From an uncultured Muribaculaceae bacterium (lineage in GTDB: Bacteria > Bacteroidota > Bacteroidia > Bacteroidales > UBA932): 64,000 nucleotides of DNA. The notes beneath the pieces are model-generated. The model ran no database searches. It had not been told where the DNA came from and saw only the letters and a list, made by a program, of their open reading frames with translations. Shown here one piece after another: positions 22,441 through 31,493 of the stretch (positions within the stretch are counted from its first letter, which is position 1; every line of letters begins with the position of its first letter). The position numbers and the translations under genes were made by a program. The stretch lies in assembly GCA_964600385.1 (NCBI GenBank), contig CAZRJC010000006.1, positions 33,323-97,322 on the forward strand, in the 5' to 3' direction.

Positions 22441-22997
22441 TCCTTAATTTGCTTAAATGTGGTTTCAACACCGGTGGCTCCTTCCACATGACAGCATTTA
22501 CCCAGTTGTTTATAATGTTCAATAAGTGGCTCTGTTTGCGCGTGATAGGTTGCAAGCCGGTGACGAACACGGCCGGCATCCATGTCGTCGGCCCTGTTTT
22601 CTATGGCAGCCCTTCTTAAAAGACGCTCTTCGCATAACTTGTCGTCGACATCCAGTACCAGCATAAGATCAAGAGGATGTCCCAGTTTGTTCAGGAAGGT
22701 ATCCAGAGCCTCTGCCTGCGCAATGGTACGGGGGAATCCGTCATACAGGAACCCTTTGGCACCGGGGTTGTTTTTTACATTTTCTGAAATAAGCCGGATC
22801 ACAATCTCATCGGAAACCAGGTCTCCTCTTGCCATGATGGCTTCAACTTCCTTTCCCAGTTCAGATTGAGCCTGGATTTCGCGGCGAAGCATATCACCTG
22901 TTGAAAGGTGAACAAAACCGAATGCTTCTACCATTTCTTTGGCCTGTGTGCCTTTGCCCGATCCCGGAGGCCCGGCAATGATTATATTGATCATCAT
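22419..22997 (-). CDS. adk: Adenylate kinase
   Basis: 192 aa; P-loop [28 protein letters not shown]. The start shares one base with the hpt stop (TGATG). Confidence 0.95.
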   Translation of the reverse strand: MMINIIIAGPPGSGKGTQAKEMVEAFGFVHLSTGDMLRREIQAQSELGKEVEAIMARGDLVSDEIVIRLISENVKNNPGAKGFLYDGFPRTIAQAEALDTFLNKLGHPLDLMLVLDVDDKLCEERLLRRAAIENRADDMDAGRVRHRLATYHAQTEPLIEHYKQLGKCCHVEGATGVETTFKQIKECLNPIL

Positions 22998-23533
22998 CAG
23001 TCTATTACGTAAATATCTTTATATTGTCTTCCAAGATTATCATAATCCAGCCCGTAGCCCACAACAAAATCGTTGGGGATTTCCATGCATACATAATCTA
23101 TGGAGATTGATTCTTTATAAGCCTGAGGCTTGTATAAAAGGGTGCAGATCTTTATCTGCTTGGGATTGCGGGCCTGTAAATCTTTGTATAATTGCACAAT
23201 AGTATTTCCGCTGTCCACAACATCCTCTACAATGATTACCGTACGTCCCGAGATGTCGTTGTTGAGCCCTATGAGTTCTTTGATCTGGCCGGTGCTTTTT
23301 GTTCCCGAGTAGGAGGCCATTTTGACAAAAGAAATTTCACAGTTAAGGGTAATCTTTTTTAGAAGGTCTGCGGCAAACATGAAAGAGCCGTTAAGGATCC
23401 CGAGAAAAACGGGTTTATCTTCTTCCTTAAGGTCAACATTCAGTTTATCAGCCACTTTTGCAATGGCCGAGTCGATGGTTTCAAACGGTATATACGTTTT
23501 GAAGGTTTTATCGTGAAGAGTAATGCGTTCCAT
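22997..23533 (-). CDS. hpt: Hypoxanthine phosphoribosyltransferase
   Basis: 178 aa; PRPP-binding loop VIIVEDVVDSGNT and C-terminal FVVGYGLDY. Confidence 0.92.
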   Translation of the reverse strand: MERITLHDKTFKTYIPFETIDSAIAKVADKLNVDLKEEDKPVFLGILNGSFMFAADLLKKITLNCEISFVKMASYSGTKSTGQIKELIGLNNDISGRTVIIVEDVVDSGNTIVQLYKDLQARNPKQIKICTLLYKPQAYKESISIDYVCMEIPNDFVVGYGLDYDNLGRQYKDIYVID

Positions 23534-23537
23534 GGAA

Positions 23538-23545
23538 CAAAAATA
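23538..23545 (-). promoter_or_regulatory. -7 promoter box TAttTTTG 4 nt upstream of the hpt ATG
   Basis: Plus strand caaaaata is TATTTTTG on the minus strand; the minus-strand context is TATTTTTGttccATG. Confidence 0.45.
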
Positions 23546-23550
23546 ATCAT

Positions 23551-23558
23551 TAAATTTG
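23551..23558 (+). promoter_or_regulatory. -7 promoter box TAaaTTTG for purE
   Basis: taaatttg ends 22 nt upstream of ATG 23580. Confidence 0.5.
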
Positions 23559-23579
23559 AACTTTTAAAAACTCATTGAA

Positions 23580-24089
23580 ATGAATCCGAAAGTCAGTATA
23601 ATTATGGGAAGTCTTTCCGATATGCCTGTAATGGAAGAAGCCGCAAAATTTCTTGACCAGATGGAAATCCCGTTCGAGATTAATGCTCTTTCTGCACACC
23701 GTACACCGGGCAAGGTGGCTGAGTTTGCAGAAAAGGCAGCGGACAGAGGCGTAAAGGTGATCATTGCCGCAGCAGGCGGAGCAGCTCATTTGCCCGGTGT
23801 GATTGCCGCATCTACAACTCTTCCTGTTATCGGAGTTCCGGTAAAATCTGCTCAATCGGTTGCCGGGCTTGATTCCATTTTATCCATACTGCAGATGCCT
23901 TCGGGCATTCCGGTGGCTACCATGGCACTCAACGGGGCAAAAAATGCAGCTATTTTTGCATTGCAGATACTGGCCCTTTCAGATCCGCAGATGGCCCGGA
24001 AGTTGGCTGAATTCAAGCTTTCCCTGGCAGGGAAAATCATGGAGGCAAACGATTCGTTAAAAAATATTTCATACAAGTATAAAGTTTAA
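23580..24089 (+). CDS. purE: 5-(carboxyamino)imidazole ribonucleotide mutase
   Basis: 169 aa; IMGSLSDMPVM, SAHRTP, AGGAAHLPGV blocks. Confidence 0.93.
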   Translation: MNPKVSIIMGSLSDMPVMEEAAKFLDQMEIPFEINALSAHRTPGKVAEFAEKAADRGVKVIIAAAGGAAHLPGVIAASTTLPVIGVPVKSAQSVAGLDSILSILQMPSGIPVATMALNGAKNAAIFALQILALSDPQMARKLAEFKLSLAGKIMEANDSLKNISYKYKV

Positions 24090-24138
24090 TAATCAGACAT
24101 GAAAGCTCATCAGAGGCGGGCGAAAGTAGGGGAGAAAA

Positions 24139-26100
24139 ATGAGAAAAAGATTGTTGTGGCTGTTACTCAGCATGGGTGTGCTGTATGCAGAGGCTCAGGA
24201 TGTTTCCGGCTTGCTGGAAATACTTGCCGAAAGCCGGGGAATGGAAGGAATAAATCCCGATGATCTGCAGGGGCAGCAGACGGATCTGAACCTGGCCGGG
24301 GAAGAGGACCTCCTGGGGACCGGCGGTTTGACACATTTCCAGGTTCGTTCATTGCTCGATTACCGTGAAAGGTATGGTGTTTTCTTTTCCTGGCAGGAAA
24401 TTCCGCTCGTTCCGGGATTCGGCCCGCAGGACGTTGATTTACTGTCGCTGTTCTTTTATATCGGTACCGGCCAGGTATTAACAGAACACACATTTGCCGA
24501 TCGTGTAAGGGAATCCCGGCGCACGCTCTGGCTCCAGACACGTACCGTATTTCCCCGTCCTGCGGAGTATAGCCCGATTACAGCTCAGGAATATGCCCGG
24601 CGCCCCAATTCCCGGTACCTGGGGCTTCCCTGGTACCGCTACTGCAAGTTTTCCTCGGAACTGCCGGGCCGGCTTCTTTGGGGGGTCACGGCCGAAAGTG
24701 ATCCCGGGGAAAGATCTCCTGCGGATTTTGTTTCATTTCATATACAATGGAAGGGGAAAGGCTGGCTAAAAAATGTTACGGCCGGGGACTTCAGGGCCCG
24801 CTTCGGTCAGGGATTGTTGCTGTGGAACGGACTTTCGTTCGGACAAGCGCTTTCCGCTTCGGGGCTCAGCCAGAAAGAAATGTTTTTTACCCCTTATACG
24901 TCGCGCGATGAAAACGGTTTTTTCAGAGGAGCAGGCGTCACGGGTGAATGGGGCTCATGGAGCGTTTCTCTGTTTGGCTCTCTCAGGAGGCTCGATGCGC
25001 GGATCATACCCGAGGGATTCACCTCGCTCGTTACAACCGGATACCACCGGACCCCGCTGGAACTGGAAAAGAAAAACACGCTGCTTTCCTATGCGTCAGG
25101 ACTGAACGTTTCCCGGCGCGGGAAGCAGTGGAAAGCCGGAATAACGTTCCTTGGCTACGGATATGACCGCCCCAACGCAAGGGACACACTATATTACAAC
25201 AAGACCCAAAGTCGTGATGTCCCTTTTGGCGGAGTAAGTGCGGATTTTTCTGCCAGATGGCCCGACTGGCGTTTCTTTTCCGAGGTGGCCGCAGATTTTG
25301 CTGCAAAAACTGCCATGCTGGCGGGTGTAATACGGTATTGGGATAACGGGTTGGAGGCCGGTCTGCTGTTCAGAAACTTTTCTGCCGGATATACGGCGCC
25401 TTATGGTCTGGCATGCGGCCGCAATTCAACGTCTTCCAACGAGCAGAGTATTCAGTTCATAATCAATTCACCTGTAAAAAAAGTTCTTGAACTGACCGTC
25501 TCGGCTTATGCTTTCAGATTCCCTGCTCCCCGTTATCTGTGCCATGAGCCGTCCTACGGATGGGACGGAAGAATTCAGTTGAAAAGAAAAAATAGTCTTG
25601 TGTTGCTGCGTCAGCAGCGTTCTTTTTCCGATAAGGGCAGGCAGGATAAATTAAGTTTGAGAATTCAGTCGTCAGCAGCAATCAACGACCGGTTTCAGTG
25701 GTCGGGAAGAGCAGATGGTCACTATTTGCTGAAAACATATGAAAAGAGCGAATTCGCGTGGGCTGTCTGTACAGATCTGAAATATTCGGATACGAAGGAC
25801 ACCTGGCATACAACTTTCAGGGTGGGCTATTTTGCAACCCCGTCGTGGGATTCCAGAATATACGTATATGAAACCGATGTTCAGAACGGATTTTCGGTTC
25901 CCGCTCTGTACGGATACGGATGGCGCTCGTATCTTGTATTGCGCTACAGTCCGGTCCGTAATCTCGATCTGTGGATAAGGGCTGCCTGTACGCTATCGGG
26001 AGAATGCAGGACAGAACTTAAGATTCAGTTGAAGTGGAGGTTCCGGATGAAGCGACAAAGCCTTCTCCGACAATCAGATTCAGCGACCCCGGAAGAATAG
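24139..26100 (+). CDS. Secreted protein: N-terminal ComEA-like helix-hairpin-helix domain plus a ~540-aa beta-rich (putative outer-membrane barrel) domain
   Basis: Signal peptide (MRKRLLWLLLSMGVLYAEAQ). ComEA-type HhH pattern (DLNLAGEEDLLGTGGLTHFQVRSLLDYRERYGVFFSWQEIPLVPGFGPQDVDLL). The remainder has alternating aromatic/Gly beta-strand-like patterns, and the conserved-looking part ends in ..LKIQLKWRF. Confidence 0.7.
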   Translation: MRKRLLWLLLSMGVLYAEAQDVSGLLEILAESRGMEGINPDDLQGQQTDLNLAGEEDLLGTGGLTHFQVRSLLDYRERYGVFFSWQEIPLVPGFGPQDVDLLSLFFYIGTGQVLTEHTFADRVRESRRTLWLQTRTVFPRPAEYSPITAQEYARRPNSRYLGLPWYRYCKFSSELPGRLLWGVTAESDPGERSPADFVSFHIQWKGKGWLKNVTAGDFRARFGQGLLLWNGLSFGQALSASGLSQKEMFFTPYTSRDENGFFRGAGVTGEWGSWSVSLFGSLRRLDARIIPEGFTSLVTTGYHRTPLELEKKNTLLSYASGLNVSRRGKQWKAGITFLGYGYDRPNARDTLYYNKTQSRDVPFGGVSADFSARWPDWRFFSEVAADFAAKTAMLAGVIRYWDNGLEAGLLFRNFSAGYTAPYGLACGRNSTSSNEQSIQFIINSPVKKVLELTVSAYAFRFPAPRYLCHEPSYGWDGRIQLKRKNSLVLLRQQRSFSDKGRQDKLSLRIQSSAAINDRFQWSGRADGHYLLKTYEKSEFAWAVCTDLKYSDTKDTWHTTFRVGYFATPSWDSRIYVYETDVQNGFSVPALYGYGWRSYLVLRYSPVRNLDLWIRAACTLSGECRTELKIQLKWRFRMKRQSLLRQSDSATPEE

Positions 26101-27001
26101 TGAAGATAAACGGAGGCGTTCCCATGGGTTCACCATCGGTCTCCAGGTGCCCGCCGTTGCTGCTGTTCGGATATACTTCAACCTTTGAACCCCTTGCATG
26201 AATTGACTCCTTAAATGAATAGACATTGCCTTTGACGTAATCTTTTATCCGCAATGCAATGGCCAGTTTGCTCATGTTGCCCACCAGTGTGATATCAAAA
26301 AGTCCGTCATCAGCGATGGCCAGCGGAAGGGCCACCATGCCGCTGCCAATGTATTTTCCTATGCCTACATCGCCTGTAAGGACCGGTCCGTCATATATAA
26401 GCTTGTCGTCGACAAGAACTCTCAGGCTTTTGGAACGGTAGAGCAGGAACTGCCTCAACAGGCTTTTAAGGTATTGTCCCTCACCCCTTTTTCTGTTTCC
26501 TTCAAGACTTCTTTCGTAGTGAAGGATAACGGCAGCATCCAGTCCGAAACCGGCCACGTTGGCAAAAAATCGGGTACGTTCCACTCCATAGTCCTGAAAG
26601 GTGACTTTCCCGATATCGGTGATTACGGAGCGTCCTTTCAGGAGCGTTTTGGCTGCTTCCATATAATCTGCCGGAATATCGTAGGTGTGTATAAGATCGT
26701 TTCCGGTTCCTATGGGAATCAATCCCAGCGTAATTTCACGGGTGGGTACGTCTTTCTGGAAAAATATACCGTTCACCACTTCATGAATAGTACCGTCACC
26801 GCCTATGACAATAATGTTTCTTGCCCCGTCATGAATGGCTTCTACTGTCAGGCTGACGGCATGAAACTTGTGTGTGGTAAAGACACATTCAAACTGAAGT
26901 CCCGCCTTAATGAAATAATTGGATATCCTTGGCCATAACAGGGCGGTACGACCGCCGCCGGCAGAAGGATTTATGATGATCATCCACGTTTTGTGGTCCA
27001 T
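26018..27001 (-). CDS. Diacylglycerol-kinase-family lipid kinase (YegS/BmrU-like)
   Basis: DAGK catalytic pattern (IINPSAGGG, VIGGDGTIHEVVNG, IPIGTGND). Start moved to ATG 27001 (MDHKTW..); the TTG at 27028 lies inside the promoter box. Confidence 0.85.
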   Translation of the reverse strand: MDHKTWMIIINPSAGGGRTALLWPRISNYFIKAGLQFECVFTTHKFHAVSLTVEAIHDGARNIIVIGGDGTIHEVVNGIFFQKDVPTREITLGLIPIGTGNDLIHTYDIPADYMEAAKTLLKGRSVITDIGKVTFQDYGVERTRFFANVAGFGLDAAVILHYERSLEGNRKRGEGQYLKSLLRQFLLYRSKSLRVLVDDKLIYDGPVLTGDVGIGKYIGSGMVALPLAIADDGLFDITLVGNMSKLAIALRIKDYVKGNVYSFKESIHARGSKVEVYPNSSNGGHLETDGEPMGTPPFIFTILPGSLNLIVGEGFVASSGTSTSTES

Positions 27002-27025
27002 AGATAGCTTATTAAAATGGAGAAT

Positions 27026-27033
27026 CAAAAGTA
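27026..27033 (-). promoter_or_regulatory. -7 promoter box TActTTTG for the lipid kinase gene
   Basis: Plus strand caaaagta. The box ends 25 nt upstream of ATG 27001. Confidence 0.5.
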
Positions 27034-27055
27034 AGAATTATTGTGGAATTTCACG

Positions 27056-27063
27056 TATATTTG
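27056..27063 (+). promoter_or_regulatory. -7 promoter box TAtaTTTG for parA
   Basis: tatatttg ends 32 nt upstream of ATG 27095. Confidence 0.5.
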
Positions 27064-27094
27064 CCCAATTGATATCAAAACAGACTTTTAATTC

Positions 27095-27868
27095 ATGGGA
27101 AAAATTGTAGCCATTGCCAATCAGAAAGGAGGAGTAGGAAAAACAACGACAGCCATTAATCTGGCCGCTTCGCTGGCCGTTATGGAAAAAAATGTTCTGC
27201 TTGTGGATGCCGATCCCCAGGCGAATACTACTTCGGGTCTTTGTTTTGATCCAAACGCCAGTAGTGGCGATACCCTGTATGAATGTCTTATTGGAAAGGT
27301 TCCGGTTGAGAACACCGTACTGCAGACCGAAATCCAGGGACTGAAACTGATTCCTTCACATATTGATCTTGTGGGTGCAGAGATAGAACTGCTATCGGTA
27401 CAGGAACGGGAGCGTGTGTTGAAAAATAACCTCGATTCAATCCGTGCCCATTTCGATTATATCTTTATTGATTGCTCTCCTTCACTGGGGCTCATAACGG
27501 TAAACGCCCTGACGGCAGCCGATTCCGTTATCATTCCCGTTCAGTGCGAATTCTTCTCTCTGGAAGGATTGGGTAAATTGCTCAATACTATTAAAATAGT
27601 GCAGAGCCGTTTGAACACGGCCCTGGCCATAGAAGGATTTCTTCTTACGATGTACGATTTGCGCCTTCGTTCGCACAATCAGATTGTTGAAGAAGTTCGC
27701 CATCACTTTCAGGATATGGTTTTCCAGACCGTTATTCAGCGCAATGTACGTCTGAGTGAATCGCCTTCCCACGGGAAGCCTGTGATTCTGTACGATGCAG
27801 CCTCCATTGGAAGTAACAACTATCTGAACCTCGCGAGAGAATTCTTAAAGAAAAACCAATATGACTAA
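27095..27868 (+). CDS. parA: Chromosome partitioning ATPase ParA/Soj
   Basis: 257 aa; deviant Walker A NQKGGVGKTT; DCSPSLG. Confidence 0.93.
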   Translation: MGKIVAIANQKGGVGKTTTAINLAASLAVMEKNVLLVDADPQANTTSGLCFDPNASSGDTLYECLIGKVPVENTVLQTEIQGLKLIPSHIDLVGAEIELLSVQERERVLKNNLDSIRAHFDYIFIDCSPSLGLITVNALTAADSVIIPVQCEFFSLEGLGKLLNTIKIVQSRLNTALAIEGFLLTMYDLRLRSHNQIVEEVRHHFQDMVFQTVIQRNVRLSESPSHGKPVILYDAASIGSNNYLNLAREFLKKNQYD

Positions 27869-28760
27869 AAAGCCTGCACTGGGAAAGGGACTGGGAGCAC
27901 TCATATCTGAGACTCCGTCTCTGGGAGAGTGGAAACCAAGGACTCCTGTAGTACTTCCTCATATAGATGGAACATCGGTAATCAATATTGACCTGATTGA
28001 AGTCAATCCGGATCAACCAAGGAAAGAATTCAACGAAGAATCATTGGCTGAACTTGCCGCTTCCATACGACATCTTGGCCTGATTCAACCTATTACACTT
28101 CGCAAGCTTTCTGTTGACCGGTACCAGGTTGTAAGTGGGGAAAGACGTTTGCGTGCGGCCCGGATGGCAGGTTTGACGCAAATACCGGCCTATATCCGTC
28201 AGGTCGAAGATGGCGAATTGCTTGAACTGGCCCTGGTGGAAAATATTCAGAGGGAAAACCTCGATGCCATGGAAATTGCATTCAGTTTTCAGCGTCTGAT
28301 AGAAGAATGTAACCTTACTCAGGAACAATTGGCTGAACGGGTGGGAAAGAAACGTGCGACTGTAGCCAATTATTTAAGACTGCTGCAATTACCTGCAGAA
28401 ATCCAGTTGCTTTTGCGTGCAGGCGCCCTGTCCATGGGCCATGCCCGGGCATTGTTATCTCTCGATGACAGGGTAAAGCAGATGAAGTTGGCCAAAAAGA
28501 TTGTTGATAAAGAGCTTTCAGTAAGACAGGTTGAAGAGCTTGTCAGACCCGCCGATAGTACCGAAAAAGTAAAAAAAGAAATTCCCGGAGCTGAACTTCC
28601 GGATATCTATTACCGTGTGCTGGAACGCATTGGAAGGTATTTCAATCATAACATAAGTGTCAAACGCAGTCCGGAAGGAGAAGGAGTCTTTACTATTCAT
28701 TGTGCCAGTGATGCCGAAATGGAAGCATTTCTGAATGTATTGGAAAAGAATAATATATAG
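27861..28760 (+). CDS. parB: Chromosome partitioning protein ParB/Spo0J
   Basis: 299 aa; NPDQPRK, GERRLRAA, LVENIQRENL, and an HTH region. Overlaps parA by 8 nt. Confidence 0.93.
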   Translation: MTKKPALGKGLGALISETPSLGEWKPRTPVVLPHIDGTSVINIDLIEVNPDQPRKEFNEESLAELAASIRHLGLIQPITLRKLSVDRYQVVSGERRLRAARMAGLTQIPAYIRQVEDGELLELALVENIQRENLDAMEIAFSFQRLIEECNLTQEQLAERVGKKRATVANYLRLLQLPAEIQLLLRAGALSMGHARALLSLDDRVKQMKLAKKIVDKELSVRQVEELVRPADSTEKVKKEIPGAELPDIYYRVLERIGRYFNHNISVKRSPEGEGVFTIHCASDAEMEAFLNVLEKNNI

Positions 28761-28774
28761 ATGAATCTTTAATT

Positions 28775-29662
28775 GTGCGACGCAGTTTACTATTCTGCCT
28801 GTTTTTTCTGGGTTCCCTTACTGCAGTACGGGCGCAGTTTGCTTTGGATATGGGTGCGCAGGGTACAGCGGCCTCAGATTCGTCCGTTACTGCCCAGGCT
28901 CCATTCAGGCTATCCACCTATTTTACTGCCCTTGCCGGCAAGGATTCGCTGACCATTGCACGCATGGTTACAGGCGGGCTTGTATTACCCGGGTATACCC
29001 AGGCATATAACAGGCAGTATTGGAAAATACCTGTAGTATTTGCCGGTATGGGAACTGGAATATATATGGGATACCGCTATAACATGAAATACCTTTCCAC
29101 AGAAGACGAATCCTATATGTTGTACCGGAATCTCTGCTACCTTGGAGCCGGTTTATTTTATTGGGGAAGCCTGCTGGATGGTGTGGCTAATTTCAAATAC
29201 GACAAACCGGTGTTGCCGGCACGCGCCACACTGTATTCTGCTCTCCTGCCCGGTTTGGGACAGATATATAACGGTGATTACTGGAAAATTCCCATAATAT
29301 ACGGCGGGCTCATGGCCTGCGGCTACTTCCTCAACTACAACCAGATGCAATACAAGCGTTACAAGATAATGTATAACCATGCAACCGCCAAACCGTCTCA
29401 ATACGATGGCTGGATGACTGCAGAAAATATAAAATGGTACAGGGATACGTTCCGCCGATACAGGGATTATTCCATCATTGCAACAGTTTTGGTATACGCT
29501 TTGAATGTAATTGACGCGAATGTTTTTGCGCACTTTCAGGACTTTGACGTAAGTGACGACTTATCATTGCGCCTGGAGCCAGGGATTATCACTCCCATAA
29601 CCACTAACTATGCCTCCACCTCTTTATCGGGAGTAGGAATGCAAATGCGATTGACTTTTTAA
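28775..29662 (+). CDS. Conserved Bacteroidota membrane protein downstream of parB (DUF5683-like; family name recalled from memory)
   Basis: GTG start, a signal-like N-terminus, and an internally duplicated motif (YWKIPVVFAGMGTGIYMGY / YWKIPIIYGGLMACGYFLNY). Confidence 0.65.
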   Translation: MRRSLLFCLFFLGSLTAVRAQFALDMGAQGTAASDSSVTAQAPFRLSTYFTALAGKDSLTIARMVTGGLVLPGYTQAYNRQYWKIPVVFAGMGTGIYMGYRYNMKYLSTEDESYMLYRNLCYLGAGLFYWGSLLDGVANFKYDKPVLPARATLYSALLPGLGQIYNGDYWKIPIIYGGLMACGYFLNYNQMQYKRYKIMYNHATAKPSQYDGWMTAENIKWYRDTFRRYRDYSIIATVLVYALNVIDANVFAHFQDFDVSDDLSLRLEPGIITPITTNYASTSLSGVGMQMRLTF

Positions 29663-29672
29663 TTTTTATTGA

Positions 29673-31487
29673 ATGACCATGAAAATAAGATTACTTTCCA
29701 TCCTGTTAATATTGCTAGTTACCAACCCGCAGGTCACTTATTCCCAATTATTTAAAAGACCCTCAAAAAAAGTACTGCTCAAGCAGGTGGACTCGCTGCT
29801 TAAACGTACCGATTCGCTGGAACAGGCACTGCTGGGTTCCCAGATTCCTGTAAATGATTCTATTCTTTTGGATAATGAGATTAACGAAGGCGGTTTTGAA
29901 ACGGACGGAGATGAGTTTTATTTTGGCGAAGATAGCCTTTCGACTGAACAAAAGCTGAGCATCTATTACCATCAGAACGCCCTAAACCGTATGGAAGAGG
30001 CGATTACCCTCGAGGCACTCGACTCGGCACAGTACACTTCGGGAATTCCGGATTCGGTTTATATACAGAGGCTCACTGATATGAATTCATTCATAAAACT
30101 GCCCTATAATCCCATTGTCAAGAACCACATCATTCACTATACGCAGAAGATGCCTGAGAAGATTTCAACAATACTCGGGCTTGCGCAATATTATATGCCC
30201 ATTTTTGAGGAAGTGTTTGACTCTTACGATATGCCGCTTGAACTGAAGGCGATGGCCGTGATAGAATCGGCACTGAATCCGAGGGCTGTTTCCAGGGCAA
30301 GGGCAAAAGGCATGTGGCAGTTCATGTACCGTACGGCACTCAGTTATAAACTTACCATTAACTCATATGTGGACGAGCGGCTCGATCCCATTGTATCGGC
30401 ACACGCTGCGGCCCGTTACCTGATGGATTCATACCGCATTTACGGAGACTGGGTCCTGGCCATCGCATCGTATAACTGTGGCACCGGAAACGTCAACAAG
30501 GCCATACGAAGGGCAGGAGGATCGCGTGAGTTCTGGGACATTTATCCTTTCCTTCCCCGGGAAACGCGCGGATACGTCCCTGCATTTGTAGCGGCATTAT
30601 ATACCATGCGTTATTATCCCGAGCACCAGATCAAACCCACTCCTGTTGAGATGCCGGCGCATGTGGACACTTTTGAAGTGAAGAAAATGCTTCATTTTGA
30701 GCAGATAACTGCATTGCTTGATATTCCGATAGATCAGATAAGGGATCTTAATCCCCAGTATATAAAAGATATCGTTCCGGGCCAGGAGCGTACCTATGTG
30801 CTGCGTCTGCCGTTCGAATGCAGTGGAGAATTTGCAGCACGGGAGCAGGAGATTTACGCCTATAAAGACAGCGTGTATTTCAATCCGCTTATCCTGAATA
30901 CAATGGCAAAGGCCGCGGATACCCAAATCACTCACCGGGTGCGAAACGGGGAAACACTGAGCAACATTGCCGGCAAATACGGAGTAAGGATTGCCGATAT
31001 CAAATACTGGAACGGATTACGCTCGGACCGCATTGTAATTAACCAGCGACTTATCATTTACACAAACCGCGAAACGGCCCCCAGGGCATCGGGCGTGAAG
31101 ACTGCATCCGCCTCTTCGGGCAGCTCGTCTGCCGGCACTTCGTCTTCATCCGCACAGGGGAATCTGGTAAGGCATAAAGTACGCTCGGGCGAAACACTGG
31201 GCGGCATTGCAGAAAAATACGGGGTGTCGGCAGCAAATCTCCGGCTGTGGAATAACCTGAAAGGAAGTACCATCTATGCCGGAAAAACCCTGAAAATCTA
31301 CAGTAAGGAATCTTCGGTAACTTCAGCTGACGAGCATTATGAGTATTATACCGTCAGATCGGGCGATAACTTGTGGGGTATTTCTAAAAAACTGGGAATT
31401 TCCGTGGACGATATCCGTGCACTCAACGGGTTTGGAAACAGCCCAAAGATATATCCCGGACAGAAGATCAAAGTGAAAAAGATTTAG
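29673..31487 (+). CDS. Lytic transglycosylase with three LysM repeats (MltD-like)
   Basis: Signal peptide. SLT catalytic region (AVIESALNPRAVSRARAKGMWQFM). Three LysM repeats (HRVRNGETLSNIAGKYG, HKVRSGETLGGIAEKYG, YTVRSGDNLWGISKKLG). Confidence 0.88.
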   Translation: MTMKIRLLSILLILLVTNPQVTYSQLFKRPSKKVLLKQVDSLLKRTDSLEQALLGSQIPVNDSILLDNEINEGGFETDGDEFYFGEDSLSTEQKLSIYYHQNALNRMEEAITLEALDSAQYTSGIPDSVYIQRLTDMNSFIKLPYNPIVKNHIIHYTQKMPEKISTILGLAQYYMPIFEEVFDSYDMPLELKAMAVIESALNPRAVSRARAKGMWQFMYRTALSYKLTINSYVDERLDPIVSAHAAARYLMDSYRIYGDWVLAIASYNCGTGNVNKAIRRAGGSREFWDIYPFLPRETRGYVPAFVAALYTMRYYPEHQIKPTPVEMPAHVDTFEVKKMLHFEQITALLDIPIDQIRDLNPQYIKDIVPGQERTYVLRLPFECSGEFAAREQEIYAYKDSVYFNPLILNTMAKAADTQITHRVRNGETLSNIAGKYGVRIADIKYWNGLRSDRIVINQRLIIYTNRETAPRASGVKTASASSGSSSAGTSSSSAQGNLVRHKVRSGETLGGIAEKYGVSAANLRLWNNLKGSTIYAGKTLKIYSKESSVTSADEHYEYYTVRSGDNLWGISKKLGISVDDIRALNGFGNSPKIYPGQKIKVKKI

Positions 31488-31493
31488 TCGTTC

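Noticed and set aside
25970-25978. Perfect DnaA-box 9-mer tgtggataa (TTATCCACA on the opposite strand).
   Set aside because: It is a single isolated copy inside a CDS. About one such hit is expected by chance in 64 kb on two strands, and there is no AT-rich unwinding region or box cluster.
27047-27062. TTTCACGT half-site just upstream of parA.
   Set aside because: Only 9 of 16 positions match parS and there is no inverted half. It overlaps the parA promoter box and is most simply part of the promoter region. No convincing parS was seen anywhere in the window.
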